From Minisyncoccota bacterium (GTDB lineage: Bacteria > Patescibacteriota > Minisyncoccia > Phycocordibacterales > JAGLOS01): a stretch of DNA of 64,000 nucleotides. This document shows positions 10,128-20,002 of this stretch, one piece after another (positions within the stretch are counted from its first letter, which is position 1; each line of letters opens with the position of its first letter). Made by a program: the position numbers and the translations under genes. Under the pieces are notes generated by a model that had not been told where the DNA came from, did no database searches, and saw only the letters and a program-made list of their open reading frames with translations. The stretch lies in NCBI GenBank assembly GCA_023137615.1, contig JAGLOS010000001.1:1067-65066 (forward strand). Direction: 5' to 3'.

Positions 10128-11453
10128 TCACTGATGAGCTCTTAAAAATGCCTGTGTTTCTTTTTTATAATACTCGACACTCGGTTGATCAAAAGCGTTG
10201 ATATTCATTAAATGTGCCATATACATCGTTTCCATCATCTTATATTGAAGATACTGACCAAGAGTAAAAGCTGACAATTCCGGAAATTCCACAACAATGA
10301 ACGGAAGCTTTAATTTTTTGTACGTTGTATGCACGCCGGAAATGATCGCTCTCATAAGATCAACAGCGCTTTTTCCGTTCATATTCTCCACCAGTCTCTC
10401 AAAAACCGTTGCCTCCGGCACCGTATGGACACCCATCATGTCCTGCACAGTTATTATCGTCGTGAACTTATCACGCGGACCTCCAAAATATAACTGCGCC
10501 ATTGAATGAAGGTCCGTCGAACCGATCGAGATGATCGGTGTTATGCCCGCATGCACTTTATTTCCATCAATATCCTCCTCTTTCCCAAGACTTTCTCCCA
10601 CCAGTTGTCGACACCATTTGCCGACCGATTCCATCTGCGGAGAAAAGAAAAAACTATTATGAATAAAATTACCATGACTATTTGCCTCGTATAATGCAAG
10701 TGCAGATACAAGCGCCGGATTTCCCCACCAATCGGAAGACAGACATTCTTCGCGCATCACGCAAGCTCCTTCGAGAAGTTCACGAATAGGCACACCTGCC
10801 AAACCAAGCGGGAACAACCCGACCGGAGAAAAAACAGAATACCGACCCCCCACTCTTTTTTGTATTGGAAGTCGCTTATACCCAAGGTCGTGTGCTTGAT
10901 CCCAAAGCAACGATCCCTCCTCTGTTGTTACCACTATCCTGTCTGAAATATCTCCAAAATATTTTGAAAGTTCATTGTGCAATATCTCAAAGTTGGCTAT
11001 CGTTTCTGTTGTGTGACCCGATTTACTAATGACATTAATAACAAACTCCCTATCGTCTTGTGCTTCGTCTATAAGTAATTCACGTATTGTTGTTAATCTT
11101 TCTTCATTTATCGTGTTGAGAAAAAGTAATTTGGGAAAACGATCTCTCTTATACGTATCGTACACACCGAACAACGCTTCAGAAACCGCTTGCGCACCCA
11201 AACTTGATCCACCGATACCGACAACCACTACATATTTTAGCTCCGGTTTTTTGTATACCGCGATCGCATCTTCAACCGTCTGCAAAGACAACGTGTCTGA
11301 CGGACAGTTAAGTGACGCCTCCGGTGCCGCAAAGTCACCCTCCTCTACCACCTTTTGCATATAAATACGGTATGCTTCAAGTTTTTTTGAGCCGTTTTCA
11401 AAAGAACTTTCATCAAGTCCGCTTTCTTTAAAATCAAATTGTATATTTTTCAT
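10128..11453 (-). CDS. pgi: glucose-6-phosphate isomerase
   Basis: VGIGGSSLG, SKSGHTTET, VGGRYSV, QLVGESLGK, DLHSMAQ, FDQPSVEYYK. Confidence 0.95.
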   Translation of the reverse strand: MKNIQFDFKESGLDESSFENGSKKLEAYRIYMQKVVEEGDFAAPEASLNCPSDTLSLQTVEDAIAVYKKPELKYVVVVGIGGSSLGAQAVSEALFGVYDTYKRDRFPKLLFLNTINEERLTTIRELLIDEAQDDREFVINVISKSGHTTETIANFEILHNELSKYFGDISDRIVVTTEEGSLLWDQAHDLGYKRLPIQKRVGGRYSVFSPVGLFPLGLAGVPIRELLEGACVMREECLSSDWWGNPALVSALALYEANSHGNFIHNSFFFSPQMESVGKWCRQLVGESLGKEEDIDGNKVHAGITPIISIGSTDLHSMAQLYFGGPRDKFTTIITVQDMMGVHTVPEATVFERLVENMNGKSAVDLMRAIISGVHTTYKKLKLPFIVVEFPELSAFTLGQYLQYKMMETMYMAHLMNINAFDQPSVEYYKKETQAFLRAHQ

Positions 11454-11633
11454 GTATTTAAAAATACTGTTCAAACCACCAAGTCCGCAATTTTATAATA
11501 CCATAGATGATAAACGCTACCCATCTATATATAAGTGTGGTATTGTGCTAAAATTATCATTACACAACATATACCCGTTTTTGTAACGTTTTGATAAAAA
11601 CTTGCATATAATAGGTAGTAAAAACATGATGCA

Positions 11634-12179
11634 TTGAGCTTACCAAAGGAAAAAACGTTGGAAAACCTTGTTATTTCAAGTGTAAAGGGCGATGAACGGG
11701 CTTTTCGTTTTCTTTATGAGCGGCTCAATGACCCGTTGTTTAAATATATTCTCTCTCGAACAAAAGACAGAGATGACGCGACCGACATTCTTCAAGATGT
11801 CTTTGTTGATCTTTGGAGAGCATTAGATACGTTTACTTATACATCAGATGGTCAGTTTTACGGATTTGTATTTACTATCACCAAACGCAAGCTTGGAAAA
11901 CATTATAAAAACAAAAAAGTTTTCCGCGAGATCGATGAGAATCTTCTTGAAAATAGTTATAAAATGGACGTGGAGTTCGCCGATGATGCACGAATCCTCA
12001 TGAAGGCGATCGAGGAATTAAAAGAAAAATACCGCACCGTCATTAAACTTCGTTATTGGTCGGGGCTCACCTTCCCCGAAATGGGAAAACTTCTAGGAGA
12101 TAAAGAAACAACCGTAAAGGTGCGACACCATAGAGCGTTAAAGCTATTGGAAGACATTTTAAAAACATATGAACAATAA
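11634..12179 (+). CDS. ECF RNA polymerase sigma factor
   Basis: GDERAF..LY, DATDILQDVF..LW region 2; region 4 TVKVRHHRALKLL. Confidence 0.9.
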   Translation: MSLPKEKTLENLVISSVKGDERAFRFLYERLNDPLFKYILSRTKDRDDATDILQDVFVDLWRALDTFTYTSDGQFYGFVFTITKRKLGKHYKNKKVFREIDENLLENSYKMDVEFADDARILMKAIEELKEKYRTVIKLRYWSGLTFPEMGKLLGDKETTVKVRHHRALKLLEDILKTYEQ

Positions 12180-13785
12180 AAAGATACAGAAAATTTTAAA
12201 AAACATTCATGTAAAACCGCTTACTTTGCGCGAGCAAGATTTGGTATGGGAGAGAATCCGTTTTGACATGACACAAACCCCAATACAGAAAGCTGTACAC
12301 TCTCGAGCTATTTCTCCTTTTAAAAAGTCTATTGCCATTACCCTTATTTTCGGACTTACCGCGGGAACAGCTTTTGCGGCAGACAGCGCCAAACCAGGTG
12401 ACCGGCTTTTTGTAATTGATCGTGCCTTGGAAGGTATTCAAATGTCTGTTGCATCTGAAGAAAAGAAAGACGACCTTCGTGTTAAATTTGCGCTTGAACG
12501 CGTCAAGGAGGTAAAAGAAATATTTAAGGAGATCGATGTACACTCAACAAATACTTCGATAAAGGTTGCCCCAGTTACCCCAGAGGAAGACGATCAACCC
12601 ATAGAAACCCCTGCGGAAGAAAGTGACGACACTCCCCCAGAAACAGACAACACAGATTTAGAGATCGAAGTTACGGATGATGTTGAGGTTGAAGAAATAA
12701 CAGATCTCGACATAGAGACAGTCGATGAGCCGGAAGAAATTGAAGATAGGCCAGTGGTAACGGAAGACATTGAGGTCAATCCTATTGAGTCGGAAGAAGG
12801 TGCTTTGGAAGAAACCGCAACTGAAGATCAGGACACTAAAACCGAACCGGAGTCCCCTTCTGACACCACAAAAGATATTCTTTCTTCTGATGAGACACCG
12901 GAACCTGTTGGCATTGGAGAAAACCCCGCAGACACAACAGACGATCCTGCCAATATGTCCGATATCGAACATATTGAAGACCAATTGGAACAGGTTGGCG
13001 CTGATGCTTCACTCTCAGACGGAGACAAAAAACGTATTGAGCTTGCGCTCGGCACAGCCCTTTCGTTCTTGGGAGATGTTAAAGGCGAGCTTATCGAACA
13101 AGAAAATACTGACGCTGTCTCATATATCGACCTAATGCTTGAACAACTTAACAATGAGATCGCTTCACTTCCGGAAAATGTAGTATTTGAGATCAACCTT
13201 TCTGCAAAAAAAGAAACGGTAAAATTTGAAATAACATCACAAGACGACAAACCAAAAGTGCAGATCGAAGTGCAAGAGAAAGACAATGTTGCCCAAGAAA
13301 TAGAAACCGAACCAATACAGAAAGAAAAAACAGAACCTGCCAAATCAACTCTTGAGATCAAAGAAGGCGGTCTTAAAATAACGTCTCAGGAAGAGGTGGT
13401 AGAAGATATTGAAAAAGACGTAGAAGAAGGTGAAAGCGTAGATATCGTAGATATTGATATTGATGAAACAAAAGACGGAGATGGCGCAGAAAAAAAAGAA
13501 AATGAAGACGGGACGCTTCTGGATGTAGAGGTTGTTATAGAAAAAGCCGAAGGAGAAGAAAATGAAGAAGGTACTACTGAGGACGAAAGTCTAAAAGAAG
13601 AATTGCCGGAAGAAGAGTCAACAGACACCACAGAAGTAGAACCACAAGAAAAAGATGACGGTACTACCACAGTAAAAATGATCATTGAACAATGGGAAGG
13701 CGATCTTGAGATATCAGTAACCGATCAAGGTGCGGGTCTTCACGATATTATTGAAGAATATACTGACGAAAAAGGAGATGTTTAG
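12169..13785 (+). CDS. putative anti-sigma factor with DUF5667-like domain and long acidic extracytoplasmic tail
   Basis: overlaps the sigma stop; one TM then AADSAKPGDRLFVIDRALE...ERVKEV; D/E-rich low complexity. Confidence 0.75.
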   Translation: MNNKKIQKILKNIHVKPLTLREQDLVWERIRFDMTQTPIQKAVHSRAISPFKKSIAITLIFGLTAGTAFAADSAKPGDRLFVIDRALEGIQMSVASEEKKDDLRVKFALERVKEVKEIFKEIDVHSTNTSIKVAPVTPEEDDQPIETPAEESDDTPPETDNTDLEIEVTDDVEVEEITDLDIETVDEPEEIEDRPVVTEDIEVNPIESEEGALEETATEDQDTKTEPESPSDTTKDILSSDETPEPVGIGENPADTTDDPANMSDIEHIEDQLEQVGADASLSDGDKKRIELALGTALSFLGDVKGELIEQENTDAVSYIDLMLEQLNNEIASLPENVVFEINLSAKKETVKFEITSQDDKPKVQIEVQEKDNVAQEIETEPIQKEKTEPAKSTLEIKEGGLKITSQEEVVEDIEKDVEEGESVDIVDIDIDETKDGDGAEKKENEDGTLLDVEVVIEKAEGEENEEGTTEDESLKEELPEEESTDTTEVEPQEKDDGTTTVKMIIEQWEGDLEISVTDQGAGLHDIIEEYTDEKGDV

Positions 13786-13810
13786 AGTTTGAGAGCGACC
13801 AAAACTTTTT

Positions 13811-13839
13811 TTGACAATATATTTACTTCTGATCATAAT
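13811..13839 (+). promoter_or_regulatory. near-consensus sigma70 promoter
   Basis: TTGACA-17 nt-CATAAT. Confidence 0.65.
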
Positions 13840-13940
13840 TAAATTATTAAAAATTAACTTTAAAAATTATGAAAGTACTATTTGATATAACCTATTAAAA
13901 TCATGAAGGCACTTGATAGAACAATGTAGTTCTCTAAGAC

Positions 13941-13981
13941 AAAAACCACCAGACCTTTTAAAAGGTTCGGTGGTTTTTGTT
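13941..13981. terminator. intrinsic terminator (bidirectional)
   Basis: aaaaaccacc..acctt ttaa aaggt..ggtggttttt hairpin. Confidence 0.75.
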
Positions 13982-13997
13982 TGAGTGTTTGTATCTT

Positions 13998-14567
13998 CTA
14001 AACTCCAAATCTCTTAAGAGCTTTTTTCAACGCATCCATGGGTAGACCGATAATACTGTTTGTGTCACCTTCAATATTGTCAACAAATGCTTTCGCTCCC
14101 CCCTGTATTGCATATGACCCCGCTTTATCAAGCGGTTCCCCGGATGCTACATATTCATCGATCTGTTTTTGAGAAAGTTCTTTAAAAAAGAGAGTACATT
14201 CAACCGCTTCGGAATATATTTCTTTGGTTTTTGTGTCGAGTATCGTAAAACCGGTTATCACTGAATGTCTATTGCCGCTTAGTCGCGAGAGCGTACTTTT
14301 GGCATCTTCTTTTGAAACCGGCTTCCCTATAACTTTGCCCTTAAACACAACAAAAGTGTCTGCGGCAATAACAAGCGCGGGTTCGAGCACACTCTGCGCC
14401 ACTTCTTGCGCTTTCCCTCTTGAGAGATGTTTTGCCAACTCCGGAGGATCCATCGGCAGAGTCATGTCTTCGCGATAATTACTTTTAATTATTTCGAATT
14501 CAAAACCCGCATCTTTAAGCAATTCCCTGCGGCGCGGCGACCCCGAAGCCAGTATTATTTTTTTCAT
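13998..14567 (-). CDS. maf: Maf family nucleoside triphosphate pyrophosphatase
   Basis: IILASGSPRRRELL, IAADT, GKP, DKAGSYAIQG, IIGLP. Confidence 0.95.
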   Translation of the reverse strand: MKKIILASGSPRRRELLKDAGFEFEIIKSNYREDMTLPMDPPELAKHLSRGKAQEVAQSVLEPALVIAADTFVVFKGKVIGKPVSKEDAKSTLSRLSGNRHSVITGFTILDTKTKEIYSEAVECTLFFKELSQKQIDEYVASGEPLDKAGSYAIQGGAKAFVDNIEGDTNSIIGLPMDALKKALKRFGV

Positions 14568-14628
14568 TATTTTAAGTTTACCTTTCTTTGAGGCAAAACA
14601 AAAGCCAGCAGAAGCTGGCTTTTAAAAA

Positions 14629-14838
14629 CTATCCCACGCTTTCGCGCAGCATAAATTCTATATGTTCCGGAACCTTTGGTGGTCTCCCTCGAGAATTGGT
14701 CTTTAAATACAAAACAATTCTGCTTATTAATATCTTGTCTTGTTGGGATAACCTTTCACGCTTTTCTAGGTCAGAACAAATGAAATTTATGTATCCTGGA
14801 AAAAAATTGATAATTTTTCTTAAAATATTTTCGCTCAT
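14629..14838 (-). CDS. small hypothetical protein (69 aa)
   Basis: ATG 6 nt after a TATAAT box; fills an intergenic gap; no recognisable family. Confidence 0.4.
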   Translation of the reverse strand: MSENILRKIINFFPGYINFICSDLEKRERLSQQDKILISRIVLYLKTNSRGRPPKVPEHIEFMLRESVG

Positions 14839-15041
14839 AATAATATTATACAGAGCAACCTTTTTTGTGCGCTGGAGACGCACAGACAAAAGGTCTATAC
14901 GCTCCTTAAAATTGATAAAGATAAAGGCGGGAAGTCAAAAAAAGTTAATTATAAAAGGACTCCTTACCTGTCTTTAGTCATACATAATATGATCCAAAGA
15001 GTCAAGGGCTCGTAATGGTTCAATATCTTTAGAACTTTTGA

Positions 15042-15797
15042 TCAACCTGCGTTGACCTTCCCCTGCTGCTCCACTTCTTTAATAACTTTTTCTATTTCTC
15101 CAGAATCTCCCAGATAATATGACCTGATAACATTAAGATCGTCGTCGAATTCATACACAAGCGGCACTGTGTAAGGAATATTGAGCTTCACAACTTCCTC
15201 CGGCGGCATCTTGTCAAGAAAAGTTTTAAAGGCACGTAGACCGCTTCCGTGTCCTGAGATCAAAATTTTCTTTCCTGCTTTCAGTTCAGGCACAATGTTA
15301 TTTTCCCAATATGGCACAACTCGCTCAATCGTATCTTTAAGAGATTCTGCGAAAGGTAAATATTTCTCGTCAACATCTTTATATAATTCATCGTTCCCGG
15401 ACCATCGCGGGTCATCTTTCGTGATCTCCGGCGGACGAATATCAAAACTTCTTCGCCATATCAATACTTGATCTTCCCCTTCTTTTTCGGCTGTTTCTCT
15501 TTTATTGAGCCCTTGCAAAGCTCCATAATTGCGCTCGTTAAGACGCCAAGATCTATGAACCGGAATGTCGTCAGTTTGTCCTAACTCTTCAAGAATTATA
15601 TCCAGCGTTCGCGTCGCGCGTTTGAGCACAGAAGTAAACGCAACATCAAAAAAATACCCTTCTTCTTTTAGTAATTTTCCAGCTTCGCTCGCTTCTTTAA
15701 TGCCACGTTCCGACAGATCAACATCTGTCCAACCGGTAAATTTGTTCTCTTTGTTCCACTGGCTTTCCCCGTGCCGCAAAAATACTAATTTTTTCAT
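15042..15797 (-). CDS. gpmA: 2,3-BPG-dependent phosphoglycerate mutase
   Basis: LRHGESQWN..NKFTGWTDV, LNERNYGALQG, WRRSFD. Confidence 0.96.
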   Translation of the reverse strand: MKKLVFLRHGESQWNKENKFTGWTDVDLSERGIKEASEAGKLLKEEGYFFDVAFTSVLKRATRTLDIILEELGQTDDIPVHRSWRLNERNYGALQGLNKRETAEKEGEDQVLIWRRSFDIRPPEITKDDPRWSGNDELYKDVDEKYLPFAESLKDTIERVVPYWENNIVPELKAGKKILISGHGSGLRAFKTFLDKMPPEEVVKLNIPYTVPLVYEFDDDLNVIRSYYLGDSGEIEKVIKEVEQQGKVNAG

Positions 15798-15985
15798 AAT
15801 GTATCCATTTTAGCATGGGATCATATAAATTTATATATTAATTCCGTATTGCTAAAAATTTTTAAGTTTAACCCATCAACCGTAACATATTTATTCCCCA
15901 AAAAACCGCCCCTGAGGATTGAGAGGATTGGAGAGACTTGGTGTTTCTCCACTTGGTAACCATGTTACCAAATAATTTTTAAAAC

Positions 15986-16070
15986 TTAAAACTTCTTATA
16001 CGTTCCTTCATTTCGTCTGCTTATCATAACCAGAATTATATCTTCTCCTTTTTTCTGATATATTATCCAC
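15986..16070 (-). pseudogene. internally deleted RelE/ParE-like toxin remnant
   Basis: GTG GAT AA start fused out of frame to IIYQKKGEDIILVMISRRNEGTYKKF*, which resembles a RelE-type C-terminus. Confidence 0.55.
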
Positions 16071-16079
16071 AGTTTTCCT

Positions 16080-16250
16080 TTACGCGCGCGATAATGCCTG
16101 CCTTACTTCTGTTAGTAGCACGCCTCCCTTTTTTATCTTGGTAAAATCAATGGTCGTTTCCCACACATCCTCTTGAGCACTGTGCTCGTCAAGATTTTGA
16201 CGAAGTTCTTTTGCTCTGACAAGATTATCTTGTGTGTCTTTTGTTTTCAT
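16080..16250 (-). CDS. small protein, putative antitoxin
   Basis: 56 aa (..VWETTIDFTKIKKGGV..), 9 nt upstream of the toxin remnant. Confidence 0.55.
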   Translation of the reverse strand: MKTKDTQDNLVRAKELRQNLDEHSAQEDVWETTIDFTKIKKGGVLLTEVRQALSRA

Positions 16251-16290
16251 ATTTCTTAAATTAACTTTTAGGTTAATACCCTTCTTTCCC

Positions 16291-17385
16291 TTATTGCACA
16301 ACATCTTCCAAAATAGGTCTTTCGAACACTTCTTCGATCACAAAATCATATCGCCCCAAAAGCTGCCCACGCGGTGTCATAACATCAACCCGCCAACGCC
16401 CCGGAAATATATTTTCTTTTAAAGAATATCCACGATATCCCCCATCGCGACCGCCGACAATATCATAAGATATATTAGACGATTCTACCCACTCTTTGTT
16501 TGCCTCATTATAATACGCCCATCTGTGTACTATTTTTGTGTCGAGATCGGTGGGAGAAAAAACGGAACTGAAAAAATAGACAGGTTCGTTTTGAAAACGG
16601 TGATATGTTGGTTTGTACTTTTTATAAAATTGATACCATTCAACCCGCTCTTGTCGTACAACATAACCGTTATCTATCCTTTCCACAAGATGATAGATCC
16701 CTGCGTTTTTAAGAGAAAGCGGTATCGGAGGTATTACGTTGGTAAAATACATTGCGTTTATCGCTATATATGCACCCCCTATTATTACAACAAGCTGCTT
16801 TGCTCCTTGTTGTACACGCCACGGGATGATCTTGTAAATAAAATACAAAAAAGCACCCATCAAACCAATACTCACCAAACCACTCAATAGAAATACCCAT
16901 ACACCAATAGAACCGACAAGTATCGGAATGTAGAATATCGTAAATGAAAATAGCGCAATATAAAAAATAGCTATTTGAAATCCAAAACGAAGATAGCGTG
17001 TTTTGAATAATTCATTACCGACAAGCAATACGCCGAGAAAAATAATAAATATCCAACTCCCTGCAAGAGAAGCGCTTCTGGAGTAAAAAATAAAGTACCC
17101 TGAAAAGAGTCCCCCGAAAGCAAATTGAATAACAAGAGGCAGTAACGGCATCAATTTTTCGACAACCCGCCCCCGTATCCTACCGCTTTCGTACAAATTC
17201 ACCGACACAATACCCAGTCCGGCGACACCCAAATAGCTGAACAAAACGAGATTCTCAAACCAAAGATCGATACGTTGCAGAGTAAAATTATCGACAACAA
17301 AACCAACCAAAAGTGCAAGCGAGCTCAGATGACGCTCGTGACTTGTATAAAAATTCTTTATCTTTTCACCCCGCTCAAACCACAT
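16291..17385 (-). CDS. DUF2914-like multi-pass membrane protein
   Basis: about 8 TM then PPIPLSLK, GGRDGGYRGYS, GRWRVDV Ig-like domain; start moved to MWFER. Confidence 0.8.
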   Translation of the reverse strand: MWFERGEKIKNFYTSHERHLSSLALLVGFVVDNFTLQRIDLWFENLVLFSYLGVAGLGIVSVNLYESGRIRGRVVEKLMPLLPLVIQFAFGGLFSGYFIFYSRSASLAGSWIFIIFLGVLLVGNELFKTRYLRFGFQIAIFYIALFSFTIFYIPILVGSIGVWVFLLSGLVSIGLMGAFLYFIYKIIPWRVQQGAKQLVVIIGGAYIAINAMYFTNVIPPIPLSLKNAGIYHLVERIDNGYVVRQERVEWYQFYKKYKPTYHRFQNEPVYFFSSVFSPTDLDTKIVHRWAYYNEANKEWVESSNISYDIVGGRDGGYRGYSLKENIFPGRWRVDVMTPRGQLLGRYDFVIEEVFERPILEDVVQ

Positions 17386-17395
17386 CTTAAAATAT

Positions 17396-17605
17396 CTACT
17401 CGATCTTATTCTTATCCTCCACCATACTCTTAACATCTTTTGCCTGTTCAAGCAGATCAGTATGTTGCTCAAATACAGACTTCGTCTCATCAAAACCCTC
17501 AACCTTTACATCCTCCGCGGGTTTTGCATAAATGGACACAAAGACAATAGCCACAACAGCTACACTCATCAACACGATCAAAAGCCCTGATCCCTTTTTA
17601 TTCAT
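17396..17605 (-). CDS. small membrane-anchored protein with prepilin-like N-terminus
   Basis: MNKKG|SGLLIVLMSVAVV hydrophobic segment. Confidence 0.6.
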   Translation of the reverse strand: MNKKGSGLLIVLMSVAVVAIVFVSIYAKPAEDVKVEGFDETKSVFEQHTDLLEQAKDVKSMVEDKNKIE

Positions 17606-17628
17606 AGCAATAAGTATAACATGAGATA

Positions 17629-17988
17629 CTATAGCCCTTCGCGTATCCACATATCCAATCCATCATCCTTTCGACGGGGGATAATATGCACGTGAAGATG
17701 AAATATAGATTGTTGAGCATCTTTCCCGGACGCATTTAAGATATTTACAGCTGTCACACCGTCTTTCCCAACCTTTTTTTGACTCAAGGTCTGTACAACA
17801 CTCATAACTTCTTTAAAAATATCCGGATCAACATCAAGGACACTTTCAAAATGTCGCTTGGGAATTACAAGCGTATGCCCGGAAGTTACCCCCGGCGCAG
17901 CTTCAAACGCTATTACCGAATCGCTCTCAAACACAACAGATGCCGGAGCTTGACCCCTTGCTATTTTGCAAAAAATACAATCCTTCAT
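17629..17988 (-). CDS. HIT family hydrolase
   Basis: CIFCKI, GHTLVIPKRH, HLHVHIIPR triad. Confidence 0.95.
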   Translation of the reverse strand: MKDCIFCKIARGQAPASVVFESDSVIAFEAAPGVTSGHTLVIPKRHFESVLDVDPDIFKEVMSVVQTLSQKKVGKDGVTAVNILNASGKDAQQSIFHLHVHIIPRRKDDGLDMWIREGL

Positions 17989-17992
17989 GAGA

Positions 17993-18379
17993 CTACTTGC
18001 TTATCTTTCCGTCAAAATGCTCCTCCTGCTCATCTGATTTTGTGGGGTGTATCGTGCCATCTTTGTGCTCGGGCGGTGAATAGATACTATAGAGTTTTAG
18101 GTCCATATCTCCGGTGTTTATTACATTATGATCAGTACCTGCCGGAATCACAACCGCCCAATCATCTTCAGCGCTGTGTTCTTCCCCATCCAAGATCACT
18201 TTTGCTTTCCCTTTTTCAATACGAATGAATTGATCGAGTTCGTGTACCTCCATACCGATCTCATCGCCCGGCTTTATATTCATAAGTACCAATTGACTAT
18301 TTTTCGCAGTATAAAGAACACGACGATAATCTTCATTTTCTAATGTTGCTTTTTCAATGTTTGTTAGATATCCTTTCAT
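17993..18379 (-). CDS. cupin domain protein
   Basis: QLVLM, IGMEVH, DQFIRIE, IPAGTDHNVIN, YSPPEH. Confidence 0.9.
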   Translation of the reverse strand: MKGYLTNIEKATLENEDYRRVLYTAKNSQLVLMNIKPGDEIGMEVHELDQFIRIEKGKAKVILDGEEHSAEDDWAVVIPAGTDHNVINTGDMDLKLYSIYSPPEHKDGTIHPTKSDEQEEHFDGKISK

Positions 18380-18398
18380 AATATTTTTAAATTATACT

Positions 18399-18574
18399 AA
18401 TAACAGGTATTAAACTCCAGAGCAAGCTCTGGACTCAATTTTGAGTTCGCTTCGCTCACACTGACCCGCGGCAAGCCGACGGGGTATTTACCTGATATTA
18501 GCTCCTCGGCTCGGGAATGTAAAAGTTACGCTTCGCTCCACTTTTACATTCCGCTCGCTCTACGTCGCTAATAA
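18399..18574 (+). repeat. composite palindromic intergenic repeat, copy 1
   Basis: homologous in reverse orientation to 52081-52371; its 3' module recurs at 29573-29644. Confidence 0.85.
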
Positions 18575-18713
18575 CAAACCCTAACTGCCATTATACTACA
18601 CTCCCATACATACACCATTAAGCTAACCGATCTGCTCTTTTTTTGCTTGGTGCTTTTCGTATCGACATACTTCTGCTATTCTAATGGTCAACAAACATCA
18701 CAATATAAAACAT

Positions 18714-19958
18714 ATGAAAAAACCTGAAATATTATCCCCCATACAAGACTTCACATCGCTCAGCGCCGCTATCGAGGCAGGAGCTGACGCAATATATTTT
18801 GGTGTACATGGATACAATATGCGCGTTACTGCAAAAAACTTCACAAAAGACGACATCGTCAAGATCACAACGATCACACATGATGCCGGAGTAAAAGCAT
18901 ACATGGCTCTAAATACGATCATCTACGAAGAAGAACTTGATAAAATGTATACAATATTACAGAGTGCATATAATGCAAATGTAGACGCGGTCATATGTTG
19001 GGACCCGGCAGTAATACAGGCGGCACGAAAGATCGGGCTTGAAGTACATTTAAGCACACAGGCAAGTGTTGCCAATTCACAAGCCGCATTATTTTTCAAA
19101 AACCTTGGAGTTGCTCGTATTGTACTCGCCCGAGAGTGCTCTCTGGAACAAATAAAAAAGATCAAAAAGGAAACGAATATCGAGATCGAAACTTTTATAC
19201 ATGGAGCCATGTGTGTATCAATATCCGGCAGATGTTTTTTGTCACAATTCACAACAGGTCAATCAGCAAACCGCGGAGCGTGCCGTCAGCCATGCCGGCG
19301 GAACTATATAATAAAAGACACCGAGGGAGAATTTGAATATGAGGTTGGTCCAAACTACGTTTTGAGCCCCAAAGACCTCTGCACTCTCCCCTTTTTTGAA
19401 AAACTTGTTTTCTCGGGTATCGACTGCTTCAAGATCGAAGGAAGAAACAAAAGCCCGGAATACGTACACGACACAACGGCTGTCTATCGAGAGTTATTGG
19501 ATCTTATATGGAACAACAAAGACCACCCGGCAGACAAAGATTTTAAAAAAGAACTCGCTGAGCTTAAAAAGAAGCTACTGCCAAAGCTGAAAAGAGTATT
19601 CAATCGAGAGTTCTCGAGTGGCTTTTATCTGGGAAAACCAATGGACGAATGGACGGACGCTTCCGGAAACGCTGGGACTGAGAAAAAAATATACATCGGC
19701 AAGGTTACAAAATTTTATGGGAAACTAAGTGTCGCAGAGATCATATTACATGCAAATGAAACGCTTGCCGTAGGAGATGAGATACTAATACAAGGAAATG
19801 CTACGGGGAGTGTCCGTACAAAGATCGAATCTATGGAAATAGATCATAAAAAGATCAAGCAAGCGACACAAAGTGATATTGTTGCAATAAAAGTTGATAC
19901 GAAAGTCCGCACCAATGACACTGTTGGACGCATTGATCGGGTTGATCATACTGAATAG
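18714..19958 (+). CDS. U32 family peptidase-like protein (TrhP/RlhA-like RNA hydroxylation)
   Basis: PEILSP, GADAIYFG, HLSTQA, HGAMCVSISGRC, NRGACRQPCR, KIEGR. Confidence 0.92.
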   Translation: MKKPEILSPIQDFTSLSAAIEAGADAIYFGVHGYNMRVTAKNFTKDDIVKITTITHDAGVKAYMALNTIIYEEELDKMYTILQSAYNANVDAVICWDPAVIQAARKIGLEVHLSTQASVANSQAALFFKNLGVARIVLARECSLEQIKKIKKETNIEIETFIHGAMCVSISGRCFLSQFTTGQSANRGACRQPCRRNYIIKDTEGEFEYEVGPNYVLSPKDLCTLPFFEKLVFSGIDCFKIEGRNKSPEYVHDTTAVYRELLDLIWNNKDHPADKDFKKELAELKKKLLPKLKRVFNREFSSGFYLGKPMDEWTDASGNAGTEKKIYIGKVTKFYGKLSVAEIILHANETLAVGDEILIQGNATGSVRTKIESMEIDHKKIKQATQSDIVAIKVDTKVRTNDTVGRIDRVDHTE

Positions 19959-20002
19959 ATCTCTGCTCAATTACAAAAGTTGCTATTCAGAGTTTATGTC
20001 CG

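Noticed and set aside
17386-17502. N-terminal extension of the DUF2914-like ORF
   Set aside because: Overlaps the small upstream gene in another frame.
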